Origin: an uncultured bacterium
Lineage (GTDB): Bacteria; Patescibacteriota; Gracilibacteria; UBA1369; PNNO01
Length of the DNA: 32,000 nt
Reading direction: 5' to 3'
Assembly: GCA_963704705.1 (NCBI GenBank)
Contig: OY969931.1
Coordinates: 930,001-962,000 of the forward strand
In this document: piece by piece, positions 18,591 through 27,526 of the stretch
Position numbering within the stretch: the stretch's first letter is position 1
Layout of the letters: each line of letters starts with the position of its first letter
The notes under the pieces: generated by a model
The model's input: only the letters and a program-made list of their open reading frames with translations
Databases searched by the model: none
What the model was told of the DNA's origin: nothing
Program-made: the position numbers and the translations under genes

Positions 18591-19520
18591 TTAAATTTCA
18601 AGCATTTCGTAAGTAATTCTGGCGTCTTTCATAGCACCCAAATAATCATCAAGTTCTCCTGCCTGGAATTTCATGATTCTTGTTATCATTTCAGCCATTT
18701 GGCCTCTAGTTAATAAATCATCAAATTTATCAATATCAAGAGGAATAAAATTATTAGTAGATGCTGTTTCAACTATTAATCTGTACCAAGGATCCCCTTC
18801 TTCATAATCATATCCCATTCCAATTAATACAATTTTCAATGCTTCAACGAAATTAATATTATTTGCCGGTTTAAATGAACCGTCACTATATCCTTCTACC
18901 AAGCCCATATCCTGTGCAAAACAAACATATTTTGCATACCATGCATCAGATTTAACATCAGTAAAACAGTCCATGCCATCGTATGCATTGAATTCATTAT
19001 TATATTTAGATTCAACAACAATCTTTAATAATTCAGCTCTGTTTATATTTTGATCAGGTTTGTAAGACCCATCTTCATAACCCTGAACAATACCATTGTT
19101 ATAAACATACCAAATTGCATCTTCATATTTATTACCGGCAATGTCGCGCATTGCTTCATAAGTAACTGGTTCAGGTTCAGGTGTTGGTTCAGGTTGTGTT
19201 GTTGTAGTTGGATTGAAAGGTTTATCAGTTGGACTTAAAAAAGTCTCCCAAATCCAGCCTTCAGTTCCATCAGCAAGTCTTATTTTGTGCCATCCTTCAG
19301 TAGTTCCGATTACCTGTACTACCTCACCACCAGACAACGTCGTTATAACTGTAGATTCCTCCATGCATGAAACCGTTCTCAAATTTACCGCAGAAGTAAC
19401 TTCAGCATTAAAATTCTGAGGAGTCAAAGGATCAGAAGAGCAGATGTCTGTTGCAAAAACAGTTGGTAATGTGACTGCCAATATAGCTATTGTCGCCATT
19501 ACAGCTAATAACTTTTTCAT
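18591..19520 (-). CDS. Secreted cell-envelope protein: signal peptide, bacterial SH3 domain, Thr/Pro linker, SLH (S-layer homology)-like repeats
   Basis: 309 aa. The signal peptide is MKKLLAVMATIAILAVTLPTVFA. The SH3b-like segment is GEVVQVIGTTEGWHKIRLADGTEGWIWETFL. The linker is TTTTQPEPTPEPEP. The SLH-like repeats are GIVQGYEDGSYKPDQNINRAELLKIV and GLVEGYSDGSFKPANNINFVEALKIV. Confidence 0.75.
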   Translation of the reverse strand: MKKLLAVMATIAILAVTLPTVFATDICSSDPLTPQNFNAEVTSAVNLRTVSCMEESTVITTLSGGEVVQVIGTTEGWHKIRLADGTEGWIWETFLSPTDKPFNPTTTTQPEPTPEPEPVTYEAMRDIAGNKYEDAIWYVYNNGIVQGYEDGSYKPDQNINRAELLKIVVESKYNNEFNAYDGMDCFTDVKSDAWYAKYVCFAQDMGLVEGYSDGSFKPANNINFVEALKIVLIGMGYDYEEGDPWYRLIVETASTNNFIPLDIDKFDDLLTRGQMAEMITRIMKFQAGELDDYLGAMKDARITYEMLEI

Positions 19521-19558
19521 AATATAAGGTTAATATTATTACATATAAAAAAATGTAA

Positions 19559-21085
19559 TTATTTTGCATATTCTTCTTCTCTTGTTTCTCTTATCACATT
19601 CACTTTAATCTGACCCGGATATTGTAAATCATGTTCAATCTTTCTTGTAATTTCATGTGATAATTTTACTGCAGACAAATCATCAACCTCTTCAGGATTT
19701 ACAAATATTCTTACTTCTGTACCTGCCTGAATTGCATACGCTTTTCTAACTCCTTCAAAATTATTACATACTGTTTCAAGCTCATCTAATCTCTTTATAT
19801 AGTTATCCAAATTATCCTTATTTGCACCCGGTCTTGCATTTGAAATTGCGTTAGCAGCAGCTACGATCATCGCTTCAATTGTTTCCGGAGGCGGATCTCC
19901 GTGATGAGCATCAATACAATGTATTACTTTCTCATCCAAACCAAACTTCTTGGCAATATCACGACCGATTGCAGCATGATGTCCCTGAACCTCATGATCA
20001 ACAGCTTTACCAATGTCGTGTAATAAACCTGCGCGTTTACAAATATTTACATCTCCGCCAAGTTCACTGGCAAGATTAGCAGCCAAATAAGCTACTTCCA
20101 TTGAATGTTTAAGTACATTTTGACCGTAACTTACTCTGAATTTAAGGCGTCCCAATAATTTAATCAAATTAGGATGAAGTCCTGCAACACCTACATCAAA
20201 CGCTGCTTTTTCACCAAGTTCTTTAATTAACTTACTTACTTCTTCTTTAACTTTTTCATAAGTTTCTTCAATTCTTGTTGGATGGATTCTTCCGTCTTCA
20301 ATAAGCCTTTCAAGTGTGATTTTTGCAATATATCTTCGCACCAAATCAAATCCTGAAATAACAATTGATCCCGGAGTGTCATCAACAATCACATCAACAC
20401 CTGTAATTTCTTCAAAAGTATTAATATTTCGACCTTCACGACCGATGATTCTACCTTTCATATCATCAGAAGGAAGACTCACAATTGTAGCTGTTGATTC
20501 AACAGTTGTCTCAGCTGCATATTTTTGAATTGCTTCAGCAATAATAAATTTGGCTTTTGCTTCAGCCTGTTCTTTTACATCTTTTTCAGTCTTTTTGATT
20601 TGTTCTACCAGTACTTCTTTTGTATCTTCTTCAACTTTTTTAAGAAGTATATTTTTTGCATCTTCTTTTGACATTTGCGCAACTTTTTCAAGTTCCGCTT
20701 CCTGCATTTCCTGAATTTTCTGTACTTCTTCACGAAGTCTTTTTACTGAAGTTACTTTGTCTTCAAGTTCTTCCTTCAATTTATCAGCATCTTCAGATTT
20801 TTTATCAAGACCCTGTTCTTTTTCAACCAGGCGTTCTTCAATTTTTTGTAATTGAGCACGCTTTCGTTGTTCTTCTTTTTTTGCTTCATCTAAAACTTTA
20901 AAAGCTTCGTTTTTAGCTTCAAAAAGAAGTTCTTTAGATTTGTTTTGTGCATCTTTAACAAGCTGCTGACTTTTTTCAGTCAAATCCTTGTTTTTCTCTT
21001 CTACAAGCTTTTTTCTGTAGACATAGCCTGCGGCTATCCCTCCAGCAAGCCCGACCAGAGCAAGGATTATAGTTAGTGCATCCAT
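19559..21085 (-). CDS. rny: Ribonuclease Y
   Basis: 508 aa. It has an N-terminal TM helix, a long charged coiled coil, the KH domain (GRIIGREGRNI) and the HD domain (LLHDIGKAVDHE, HH). Confidence 0.95.
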   Translation of the reverse strand: MDALTIILALVGLAGGIAAGYVYRKKLVEEKNKDLTEKSQQLVKDAQNKSKELLFEAKNEAFKVLDEAKKEEQRKRAQLQKIEERLVEKEQGLDKKSEDADKLKEELEDKVTSVKRLREEVQKIQEMQEAELEKVAQMSKEDAKNILLKKVEEDTKEVLVEQIKKTEKDVKEQAEAKAKFIIAEAIQKYAAETTVESTATIVSLPSDDMKGRIIGREGRNINTFEEITGVDVIVDDTPGSIVISGFDLVRRYIAKITLERLIEDGRIHPTRIEETYEKVKEEVSKLIKELGEKAAFDVGVAGLHPNLIKLLGRLKFRVSYGQNVLKHSMEVAYLAANLASELGGDVNICKRAGLLHDIGKAVDHEVQGHHAAIGRDIAKKFGLDEKVIHCIDAHHGDPPPETIEAMIVAAANAISNARPGANKDNLDNYIKRLDELETVCNNFEGVRKAYAIQAGTEVRIFVNPEEVDDLSAVKLSHEITRKIEHDLQYPGQIKVNVIRETREEEYAK

Positions 21086-21309
21086 AACGATTAGTTAGTG
21101 TTATACACTGACCCAAGTAATTAATTATCTGATTGAAATTTATTCGCTTCAGAGGCACAAAATTGTACCTTTTTCATTTATATCTTAATGTGTTTCAATT
21201 ATTTTAATTTTGCAATTAAGTTTAAAATCCTCTTATTAAAGCGCTTAATTTCTAATTACCTAAATCAGTTTCATAATATTCTTACATTACAACTATACTG
21301 GAATTTCAC

Positions 21310-22581
21310 TTAAGAAGTCAACGGGGTTTGTCCTATATATTGTATAAGCTCAGAAACACCATATTCCTCTTCTAAAATCTGCACTACTTCGCTTAAACAA
21401 GGTCTTTGTTCTCTATAATAAGTCAAACATCTTAATAATATTACTAAAATATTTTCAGAAACATTAAATTCAACATCATAAATTGCAAAGGCTTCTCTTA
21501 ATAAAGAAACATCTATTGAAGCGTCTGTATGTTCGGCAATATACGCACATATTTCTTTTGATTTTTCATAATCACCCACAATTTGTTCAATAATATTTAT
21601 TCCAACAGCAAAAACATCAATACCAGTGGAAGCTTTTCTCAAATAATCAATAGAATACCCATAATATTCATAATCAAAAAATTCAATTGTTGTAAAAATA
21701 TTTGGGATACCTTCATCATTATTTGGATATTGAAAGCCATTAGGAACAATACATTCAGGATCACCTAAAATACAAACTGGTTGATCACCTGTATCTTCAA
21801 GCAAAAACATATTTTCAGGCTTAAAATCATGATGTACAAAACCCAAATTATGTAAATGATTACAACCATGAATGCACTGAGCAAGAGCCCTCATTCTGGC
21901 TTCTATCGGCATTTGTTTGAAATCTAGTTTATCAAATCGTTTTGCGCCAGTAATATCTTCTGTAAGAATCATCATCCCCCTGGTACCATCGGCTCTTTGT
22001 AAAGGAAACAAACTAGTTTGCATAAAATTAGGATGATGTGGAATGGAAATCGGACTTTCAAAATTCTGTGCTTTATCACAAAATTTAACTGCAAAACCAC
22101 CATGGTTTGAAGATCTGTAAATTTCTCTTTTAATTCTTGTGTCAGTACCAACGACAAAATTCCTTTCAGCCAGAACATCCGTAATGGCAATCTGTACCTT
22201 TTTATAAAAACTCATTAATAGAGTGCGCAGATAAATAAATACTTGAGCTTGATCTCCAATATCTTTTCTCATAAATTGATTTCCCTTTATTGAATCCCAT
22301 CTGTTTACAATAAATTCCCTAAGCCAATTTTCAAATTCTTCCTGATTTATTCCATAAAGTAAATTTTCTCCTTCAATAAGACTAACTAAACTTGATCGGA
22401 AGTTTTCTTTTAATGAAGTAACCGAAATACCGTTTAATGCATCAGGCGCTTCCTGCTGGATCTTACCTCTCTCAATTTGATCAATTAAGGCATGCACAAC
22501 ATGATCATTGAATATTTGTTCTTTTATTTCTGAAGGAGTAGCAATCTCAACGAAATCTTTATCAGTTTTAAGTCTTTCCAT
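21310..22581 (-). CDS. Protein-kinase-like (eukaryote-type Ser/Thr kinase fold) protein with degenerate catalytic motifs and an unknown ~150-aa N-terminal domain
   Basis: 423 aa. Colinear kinase subdomain remnants are HGGFAVKF, HPNFMQ, MMILTEDITG, HNLGFVHHDFKPENMFL (HRD becomes HHD), VCILGDPE (DFG becomes LGD), IDVFAVGINIIEQIVG and RPCLSEVVQIL. Confidence 0.65.
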   Translation of the reverse strand: MERLKTDKDFVEIATPSEIKEQIFNDHVVHALIDQIERGKIQQEAPDALNGISVTSLKENFRSSLVSLIEGENLLYGINQEEFENWLREFIVNRWDSIKGNQFMRKDIGDQAQVFIYLRTLLMSFYKKVQIAITDVLAERNFVVGTDTRIKREIYRSSNHGGFAVKFCDKAQNFESPISIPHHPNFMQTSLFPLQRADGTRGMMILTEDITGAKRFDKLDFKQMPIEARMRALAQCIHGCNHLHNLGFVHHDFKPENMFLLEDTGDQPVCILGDPECIVPNGFQYPNNDEGIPNIFTTIEFFDYEYYGYSIDYLRKASTGIDVFAVGINIIEQIVGDYEKSKEICAYIAEHTDASIDVSLLREAFAIYDVEFNVSENILVILLRCLTYYREQRPCLSEVVQILEEEYGVSELIQYIGQTPLTS

Positions 22582-22716
22582 ATTTGCTTTTTAATTTCAT
22601 ACTCAACAAATCGAGATTTTAGCTAATCTATTTAAAAAATCAACAAAAAAATTTTAGAAATAATTTAAAAAATTTTAATAATTGTTCGCTATATTGATGG
22701 CCCCTAACAATTCAAT

Positions 22717-24672
22717 ATGTTTAAAAAAACACAAATATACGCGATTTTATCAGTATTGTTATTATATCTTTTCTTTATACAGAGGTTGTATGCCATGTCC
22801 CCTGCCACACCAGAACCTACTATAGAAAATTTTGCAGATTTAATAATTAATGAGGTGAGTTTTAAAAATTCTGAACATGACTGGATTGAATTGCTGGCAG
22901 TTAAAGGCGGAACAATAAAAGGGTTAAAGATTTATGATGATTCTGATTTTATTAATATAGATGATGATATTTTTGTACAAACTGGCGATTATATTTTAAT
23001 TTACTTTAAAGCTGATGAAGATTTAATTGGGTATAATAATGATATTTTGGTAATTCAGGATACAAAAAGCGGGCTTACCGGCACTACAGAACAAATTGCA
23101 CTTAAGAATTATAATAATGAAGTAATTGATTTTATATGCTGGCGCAATGAAAATCCTACTTCAGGAGAAATTGATGAATTTGATAATTTAAATATTGGAA
23201 ATTGGGTTTCAGATGAAATCAGTAGCTGCATTGACAGCGATAAAGTTTCCAATTCTGATTCGATTGGAAGAATTGAAAAAATCGATACTGATTCTCCTGA
23301 CGATTGGCAAATAATTCCGACCCCCACTCCAGGTGAAAATAATCATTTTGAAGAAATAATCAAGTTACCTGAAATTGAAATTCCAACACTTATTTCGGAA
23401 CAAATTACTGATGAAGAAAATAAGGAAAATATAGTTGAGATTTCTGAACAAAATATTTGTACAAAAGATATAGTGATTAATGAAATTTTCCCAAATCCTG
23501 CTGGAAACGACTCAAAACAAGAATGGATCGAACTTGCTAATCTTGGCTTGTCCACTTGCATTTTAGAAGGTTGGTCTATTGATGACAGTGCTGATGGCAG
23601 TTCTCCGTATTTTTTTAAAAAAAATGATGAAATAATTTCAGGAGGATTTTTTTTAATACCTTCATGGATCACAAAAATTAATCTTAATAATTCAGAAGAC
23701 TCAGTTCGACTATTCAAAAATAATGGAACTTTGGAGGATGAAATTTCATATAAAAACGCTCCTGAAGATGAAACTTTTTCAAGGATTGAAAATGAATTTT
23801 TTTGGACCAAAAAAATCACACCTCTTACTGAAAATATTTTTATTAAAGAAACCAAAGTTGAAAAGGGATCTGATGATATTAAAAAAGAAAATAAAATTAT
23901 AACAATACCTGATGGTGATTTATCTAATTCTATACAAATTACTGAAATTTTTCCAAATCCCAAAGGAACCGATAAAGGAAATGAATGGATTGAACTTTAT
24001 AATGATTCAGATGAAAGCGTAAACTTAAGTAATTGGATTTTGGACACAGGTGAAAATTCAAAAACTAAATATATCTTCCAAAATATCTCTATAGGCACAC
24101 AGGAACACCTCCTCATTCACGATAGTGAATTCAATTTTTCCCTCAAGAATAGCAATGGGGAGGTGCGTCTGCTCGATTTTAATGAAGGAATTGTTGATCA
24201 AATAGAGTACGATCAGGCTGAAGAAGGCAAATCATATACTAAGATATTAATTAAAAATGAAGATGACATCGAAGAATCATGGGAATGGACGGATATTATT
24301 ACTCCCGGAGAGCAAAATCCCATAAAAAATAAACTCACAGGTGAAATAATTCAATTTGATGAAACAAATTCCGTGCTCTCACTAAAGTTGCATGATTCAG
24401 ACAACAAATTAAATCTGAATGTTTTAAATGACGGAGTTTCAAATTATAAAAATGTATTTTTAAAGGGTGCCCAAATTGCTGCAATAATTTCAGAAACTGA
24501 AAATGGTGAGGCTTTACTTGATGAATATGAGATTATTGAACAGGCTAAAGAAGAAATCCCAAGTAACAATTTTAATTATTTATATTATTTATTCCCTGCG
24601 ATAATTGTTTTGTCAGCTTTTGGTTATTATTTTATTAAAAAGTATAAAATTATTAATTTTTCACCAGTTTAA
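22717..24672 (+). CDS. Secreted, C-terminally anchored protein with three lamin-tail domains (LTD)
   Basis: 651 aa with a signal peptide and a C-terminal TM helix (YLFPAIIVLSAFGYYFI). The three LTD signatures are LIINEVSF..SEHDWIELL, IVINEIFPNPAGNDSKQEWIELANLG....LEGWSI and IQITEIFPNPKGTDKGNEWIELYNDSDESVNLSNWIL. Confidence 0.8.
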   Translation: MFKKTQIYAILSVLLLYLFFIQRLYAMSPATPEPTIENFADLIINEVSFKNSEHDWIELLAVKGGTIKGLKIYDDSDFINIDDDIFVQTGDYILIYFKADEDLIGYNNDILVIQDTKSGLTGTTEQIALKNYNNEVIDFICWRNENPTSGEIDEFDNLNIGNWVSDEISSCIDSDKVSNSDSIGRIEKIDTDSPDDWQIIPTPTPGENNHFEEIIKLPEIEIPTLISEQITDEENKENIVEISEQNICTKDIVINEIFPNPAGNDSKQEWIELANLGLSTCILEGWSIDDSADGSSPYFFKKNDEIISGGFFLIPSWITKINLNNSEDSVRLFKNNGTLEDEISYKNAPEDETFSRIENEFFWTKKITPLTENIFIKETKVEKGSDDIKKENKIITIPDGDLSNSIQITEIFPNPKGTDKGNEWIELYNDSDESVNLSNWILDTGENSKTKYIFQNISIGTQEHLLIHDSEFNFSLKNSNGEVRLLDFNEGIVDQIEYDQAEEGKSYTKILIKNEDDIEESWEWTDIITPGEQNPIKNKLTGEIIQFDETNSVLSLKLHDSDNKLNLNVLNDGVSNYKNVFLKGAQIAAIISETENGEALLDEYEIIEQAKEEIPSNNFNYLYYLFPAIIVLSAFGYYFIKKYKIINFSPV

Positions 24673-24711
24673 GTATTTACAAACGAACTTTAATTAAGGC
24701 ATAATCAGGCC

Positions 24712-25425
24712 GTGGAAGAAAATAATAATAATATTTGGCGAACAATTGGATTAATCCTAATCGGAGCTATTATTGGCTATTTGATAGGACGATTTTCGTA
24801 TTTGGCTGCTTTTCCGGATACTGAAATAGAAGTTTCAGCACCAGAAAAATTAAAAGAAAATACTGAGCCGGTTAAATTAATACAAAATGTTAGTATTGAT
24901 GATGATCCTTCTTTAGGCAGTAATACAGCTGAAGTGGTAATTGTAGATTTTAGTGATTATCAATGCCCTTTTTGTAAAAATTTCTTTAATAATATACTGC
25001 CTGACCTTAAAAAAGATTATATTAATACCGGTAAAGTTAAGTATGTTTATAGAGACTTTCCATTAAATTTACACAAATCAGCTATAAATGCAGCAATGGC
25101 GGCAAACTGTGCCGGCGATCAGGGGAAATATTGGGAAATGCATGATAAACTTTTCGAAAATCAGGATATATGGTCTAAAGCTGATAATCCAAAAGATTTA
25201 TTTAAGACTTATGCTGTTGAACTAAGATTGAATACTTATACATTTAATGAATGCCTGGATTCTGAAAAATATAAGGATGAAATTACAAAAGATAAAGAAG
25301 AAGGTATAAGTTATGGTGTATCAGGCACTCCTACTCTTTATTTAAACGGGCAAATCTTGAGAGGCGGCTACTCTCAGGACTATGATGCATTCCAATCATT
25401 TCTTGAAAAAGAATTTGGAATATAA
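24712..25425 (+). CDS. DsbA-family thiol:disulfide oxidoreductase (thioredoxin fold), N-terminally membrane-anchored
   Basis: 237 aa from a GTG start. It has the TM helix IGLILIGAIIGYLIG, a CPFC active site in the context VIVDFSDYQCPFCKNF, and a C-terminal GVSGTPTLYLNG (cis-Pro loop). Confidence 0.85.
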   Translation: MEENNNNIWRTIGLILIGAIIGYLIGRFSYLAAFPDTEIEVSAPEKLKENTEPVKLIQNVSIDDDPSLGSNTAEVVIVDFSDYQCPFCKNFFNNILPDLKKDYINTGKVKYVYRDFPLNLHKSAINAAMAANCAGDQGKYWEMHDKLFENQDIWSKADNPKDLFKTYAVELRLNTYTFNECLDSEKYKDEITKDKEEGISYGVSGTPTLYLNGQILRGGYSQDYDAFQSFLEKEFGI

Positions 25426-25444
25426 AGGGCTTTAAGATAAAGCT

Positions 25445-27346
25445 ATGTTAAAAGCACTTACCAAACCGAAAAATAAAATTATAATTTTGGCTGTTTTAAC
25501 TGCTATTTTAATTATATTATCGTTTTTTGTTGCAAATTATTACCTTTTTGCGCTTCTTACGTTGATTATAGCTCTGGATGCTAAAAATATTTTTGAAAAA
25601 ACCTTTAATAATATAAGGAAATTAAATTTCCATGCTGAATTATTAAGAGGTCTGGCTGTAATGATACTTTATTTTTACAATTTTACATTAACTCTATTCC
25701 CTGCTGCTTCTCCTGATATATCTAGATCTGTTAGTTTTATTGGATTAGCACTTATAATTATTATTCTGGAAATATTCAATTCATATAAACAAAAAATACG
25801 TTTTGAAAGTATATTGGATAACCTTAAGGAATCGGAGAAAGAATATAAAATCGGAGAAATTGTTGAAATTAAGTCGGGTGAAATGATTCCTGCAGACGGG
25901 ATTATAATTGAAGGTTCGACTTTGGTTAATGAAAGTTCAATAACCGGTGAGGACAGTATTATTGAAAAAAAATTTAATGATGAGGTTATTGCTACAACCT
26001 TAAATATGAAAAACAGAATTGTTATTAAAGTTACGCAAATAGGTGAAGATAAAGTAATTGATCAGATAAAAACTTTAGTTGAAGATCAAAATACCGAACA
26101 AAGTGATGCACAGAAAATTTTTAAAAAAACTGAAAATATATTAGGTTTGTTATTTATAATAATTGCAATTGTTTTATTTGTATTTTGGTTTAAATATACA
26201 GGTTCTTTCTTTGTTTCAATTTATTCAATGTGTAGTGTTCTACTGATCATTTCACCTGAAAATTTTTACAATTCTGTTGAATTCCCTCTGGAAATAGGTG
26301 TTAAATCAATTACAAAAAAAGGAATATTCATTAAAAATTTCAAAATTATTGAAACTTTAAATAAGATCAACAGAATAATATTTAAAAAAAGAAAAGTATT
26401 AACAGAAGGAAAGCTGAATGTAACAAATATTATTCCTAAAGATGCATTTAATGAAAAACGATTCCTTATTTTGCTTGGATCATTGGAAAGTCTATCTGTA
26501 AGCGCTATTGCGCAGGCAATAACAGAATATTGTGAAGATCAAAAAATCAGTTTTAAAAAAGTAAATGATTATAAAATAATTAAAAGTATGGGAATTATAG
26601 GGATTATTGATAACCAGGAATTTATTATTGGAAGCGAAAAATTAATGCAAAGATATAATGTAAAAATGACAAGTGATTTATACGATAAAGCTGAAGTAAT
26701 GGCACGCAACATAAGAACTCCTGTTTATGTTGCCAGAGACAGATCTCTTGTTGGAGTAGTCGGGGTTACGGATAGGCTTAAAGAACACGCGAAACAAGGT
26801 ATTCAAAAACTTAAAAAACATTATAAGCTCAGCTTAATTACCGGTGACAATAAAATAGTTGCAAAAGGTATTTGTGATGAACTTGGAATTAAAGACTGTA
26901 TCGCTGAACTTGATGAAATTGAAAAATTAGAAGCACTTAAAAAATATCGCGAAGATAAAGATATTGTTATAGCTGTGGGTGACGGAAAGGAAGATAAAGA
27001 TTTTCTTGATGAATCTGACGTAGGCATAGCATTAGGCAGTTATACCGATTTATTAACAAAATCAAACGATATCACCCTTATTAGTGATGACATAAGAGAA
27101 ATTGATGAAGTTATTAATCTTTCAGGAAAAATTAAATTTGTTACAAAAAAGAATCTTCAAATAACTGTTTTATATCATTTAATAGCTTTATCAATTGCTG
27201 GAGGAATTTTTATACCCATATTTAAACTATTAATAATTCCAGCTGCAGCAGCTTTATTAATGTTATTTTCTTTTGTTCTGATCCAGAAAAACAGTTTTAG
27301 CCTTATGAAGGATAAATCTTTTTACCATCATCGTCCTTCAAAGTAA
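25445..27346 (+). CDS. P1B-type (heavy-metal) P-type ATPase homolog with degenerate catalytic and metal-binding motifs (likely non-catalytic)
   Basis: 633 aa, colinear with CopA/ZntA-type pumps. PADG..IEGS..VNESSITGE is kept. The TM6 CPC motif is replaced by SPE. The phosphorylation motif FDKTGTLTEGK is replaced by FKKRKVLTEGK. ITGDN is kept. GDGxNDxP is replaced by GDGKEDKD. There is no N-terminal CxxC metal-binding domain. Confidence 0.8.
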   Translation: MLKALTKPKNKIIILAVLTAILIILSFFVANYYLFALLTLIIALDAKNIFEKTFNNIRKLNFHAELLRGLAVMILYFYNFTLTLFPAASPDISRSVSFIGLALIIIILEIFNSYKQKIRFESILDNLKESEKEYKIGEIVEIKSGEMIPADGIIIEGSTLVNESSITGEDSIIEKKFNDEVIATTLNMKNRIVIKVTQIGEDKVIDQIKTLVEDQNTEQSDAQKIFKKTENILGLLFIIIAIVLFVFWFKYTGSFFVSIYSMCSVLLIISPENFYNSVEFPLEIGVKSITKKGIFIKNFKIIETLNKINRIIFKKRKVLTEGKLNVTNIIPKDAFNEKRFLILLGSLESLSVSAIAQAITEYCEDQKISFKKVNDYKIIKSMGIIGIIDNQEFIIGSEKLMQRYNVKMTSDLYDKAEVMARNIRTPVYVARDRSLVGVVGVTDRLKEHAKQGIQKLKKHYKLSLITGDNKIVAKGICDELGIKDCIAELDEIEKLEALKKYREDKDIVIAVGDGKEDKDFLDESDVGIALGSYTDLLTKSNDITLISDDIREIDEVINLSGKIKFVTKKNLQITVLYHLIALSIAGGIFIPIFKLLIIPAAAALLMLFSFVLIQKNSFSLMKDKSFYHHRPSK

Positions 27347-27515
27347 TCGCACCAGCAGGGCAAGATTTCGCAGCAAGCATTAAATCTTCATCAGATGCTG
27401 ATTTTGGATCTAATATATATGCTTTGCCGTCATCTCCCAGCTTAAAAACAGTGGGAGCTATTTTAGTGCAAGGTAAAGAACCTATACACTTTGTTTTATC
27501 AATTACAATATCCAT
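27303..27515 (-). CDS. Small ferredoxin with a 3-Cys cluster motif (C-x2-S-x2-C ... C-P)
   Basis: 70 aa. The pattern DKTKCIGSLPCTKIAPTVF....DG.A......ASDEDL..AAKSCPAGAI matches single-cluster ferredoxins with the second Cys replaced by Ser. It lies 11 nt downstream of the AI-2E gene on the same strand. Confidence 0.75.
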   Translation of the reverse strand: MDIVIDKTKCIGSLPCTKIAPTVFKLGDDGKAYILDPKSASDEDLMLAAKSCPAGAITLKDDDGKKIYPS

Positions 27516-27526
27516 AAATATTTATG

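Noticed and set aside
21143-21166. A hairpin GGCACA-AAAT-TGTACC followed by TTTTT on the plus strand in the rny upstream spacer
   Set aside because: It would be a plus-strand terminator, but there is no plus-strand gene upstream. The stem has only 5 Watson-Crick pairs of 6 on that strand, and on the minus strand it lacks a U-tract. This is too weak to call.
23343-23963. A 206-aa minus-strand ORF inside the LTD gene (and 23109..23327 -)
   Set aside because: It lies entirely within and antisense to the 651-aa ORF, which has three recognisable domain signatures, a signal peptide and an anchor. The antisense translation is Ser/Ile/Phe-rich low complexity with no motif.
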